A stretch of DNA of 62,866 nt, filler included, from Octopus bimaculoides (taxonomy: Eukaryota): assembly GCF_001194135.2 (NCBI RefSeq). It is 7 parts of 6 records of this genome, joined end to end, with 100 filler letters (N's around TTAATTAATTAA, not from the genome) between each part and the next. Parts side by side here need not be neighbours in the genome. Positions count along the whole stretch, not along the records: positions 61,147 to 62,866 come from NC_068985.1; 6 more parts are not named here. The stretch is one strand, 5' to 3'. Under the pieces are notes generated by a model. The model was not told the DNA's origin and did no database searches. It worked only from the letters and a program-made list of their open reading frames with translations. How positions within the stretch are numbered: the first letter of the stretch is position 1; each line of letters begins with the position of its first letter. This document shows positions 61,047-62,866 of this stretch, in pieces. The translations under genes were made by a program, and so were the position numbers.

Positions 61047-61146
61047 NNNNNNNNNNNNNNNNNNNNNNNNNNNNNNNNNNNNNNNNNNNNTTAATTAATT
61101 AANNNNNNNNNNNNNNNNNNNNNNNNNNNNNNNNNNNNNNNNNNNN
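61047..61146. other. Artificial scaffold linker
   Basis: N44-TTAATTAATTAA-N44. Confidence 0.9.
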
Positions 61147-61732
61147 ATATATATATATATATATATATACATAAATGATAATGCATAAGTTGGTCGTATG
61201 GGTTTTCTGATATTATCCCTCGTTAGTGATATATAATATATTTATGAAAACGTTGAGTACACATGTGCCAAAATTGATTTTAATACCAAAATAACTTTTT
61301 CTCATTAAATCAACTTGCGAAATATACGGTAGAGGGAAATGAAAATAAAATAAATAATCAACCGGTGAAAATTAATTAGCATTTCAATTTTCTTTTCTGG
61401 TTTCAGAACGAAACATATTGAAGTATAAAGAAGACTGTTATCAATAATCAATCAAGGATTTTATATATTGTATTCAATCTACACACACACACTCACAAAC
61501 ACACACACTCACATGTCTGTCTGTCTCTCTCTCAATCTCTCTCTTCCCCCCTCTCTCTCTACCTCTCTTCCCTCTCTCTCTCTCTCTTACTCTATTTCTC
61601 TCTCTATCTCCCTTACATAGACGATCTGGGTATCATTTTCTTTCTCTGCCTTTGTATCTTTTCTTTTCTCTCTGTATCTCTGCCTGTGTCTTGTGTTTCT
61701 TCCTGTATATGTAAAGATGTTACCATACACAC

Positions 61733-61794
<62 letters not shown>

Positions 61795-62264
61795 NNNNNN
61801 NNNNNNNNNNNNNNNNNNNNNNNNNNNNNNNNNNNNNNNNNNNNNNNNNNNNNNNNNNNNNNNNNNNNNNNNNNNNNNNNNNNNNNNNNNNNNNNNNNNN
61901 NNNNNNNNNNNNNNNNNNNNNNNNNNNNNNNNNNNNNNNNNNNNNNNNNNNNNNNNNNNNNNNNNNNNNNNNNNNNNNNNNNNNNNNNNNNNNNNNNNNN
62001 NNNNNNNNNNNNNNNNNNNNNNNNNNNNNNNNNNNNNNNNNNNNNNNNNNNNNNNNNNNNNNNNNNNNNNNNNNNNNNNNNNNNNNNNNNNNNNNNNNNN
62101 NNNNNNNNNNNNNNNNNNNNNNNNNNNNNNNNNNNNNNNNNNNNNNNNNNNNNNNNNNNNNNNNNNNNNNNNNNNNNNNNNNNNNNNNNNNNNNNNNNNN
62201 NNNNNNNNNNNNNNNNNNNNNNNNNNNNNNNNNNNNNNNNNNNNNNNNNNNNNTATATATATAC

Positions 62265-62410
62265 GATGCGCTTCTTTTCAGTTTCCGTCTACCAAATCCA
62301 CTCACAAGGCTTTGGTCGGCCCGAGGCTATAGTAGAAGACACGTGCCCAAGGTGCCACGCAGTGGGACTGAAACCAGAACCATGTGGTTGTTAAGCAAGC
62401 TACTTACCAT
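62265..62410 (-). mobile_element. SINE family 1 head
   Basis: ttcagtttccgtctaccaaatccactcacaaggctttggtcggcccgaggc...aagcaagctacttacc. Confidence 0.85.
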
Positions 62411-62866
62411 GCATGAATGTATGCGTATGTGTATATGTTATGCTGCCTATCCGCAGTGACTTGCTAACACAGCTCTTTTAACTGCATAATTCATTCTTCA
62501 AAATGATCAATTTATTTGGTCAAATTTTTTCATTCACCTCTATTATTCTAGCATGATAACCATCATTTTAATGCTTGCCCCAGACAATCCTGTGTCGACC
62601 GTAGCACACTTATTAACATCTTTATTTCCTGGCTACTTTCAGCCTACACTTTATGCTCTGTCTCCATCCTGTCAACACTATTAACTAAAAAGCATGGACA
62701 ATGGTTTGCACTGAATCCCATAGCATCATGTTCCAGCAGACATTTAACACTTCAAATATAAAGAACATTTGCATTTTATAGTATCATTACGTACTCTCAT
62801 ATATGTGTGTATTTCTATGTATGTATACATACATGTAGATACATTTATATATATATATATATATAT

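Overview
AT-rich, intron-containing animal DNA saturated with microsatellites, tRNA-derived SINEs and decayed transposons; the repeat landscape looks like an Octopus genome (inference from the SINE families). Six artificial 100-nt linkers (N44-TTAATTAATTAA-N44) split the window into seven blocks whose adjacency is not guaranteed. Almost all listed ORFs are microsatellite or N artefacts, while the real genes are missed or only fragmentarily shown. By hand I recover (1) a single-exon, 275-codon, seven-TM rhodopsin-class GPCR on the minus strand (966->141), absent from the ORF track because the frame has no stop before the window edge; (2) eight phase-consistent minus-strand exons (36064->28359) encoding the C-terminal ~270 aa of a NIPAL2/NIPAL3-like NIPA-family membrane protein, cut off at a linker; (3) candidate plus-strand exons of an unidentified gene at 48-52 kb inside a CpG-depleted block. 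Mobile DNA includes Tc1, mariner, DD37D-like and Tigger remnants, R4-like, RTE and CR1/Jockey-like LINE fragments, Penelope-like remnants, a non-autonomous Helitron and a Helentron-type element. The most unusual item is a 464-bp foldback element (46628-47091) with a 14-bp target-site duplication. Each arm joins a tRNA-like head to a Penelope-type minimal hammerhead ribozyme motif, and three more hammerhead-like cores occur at about 3.3, 9.2 and 19.0 kb.
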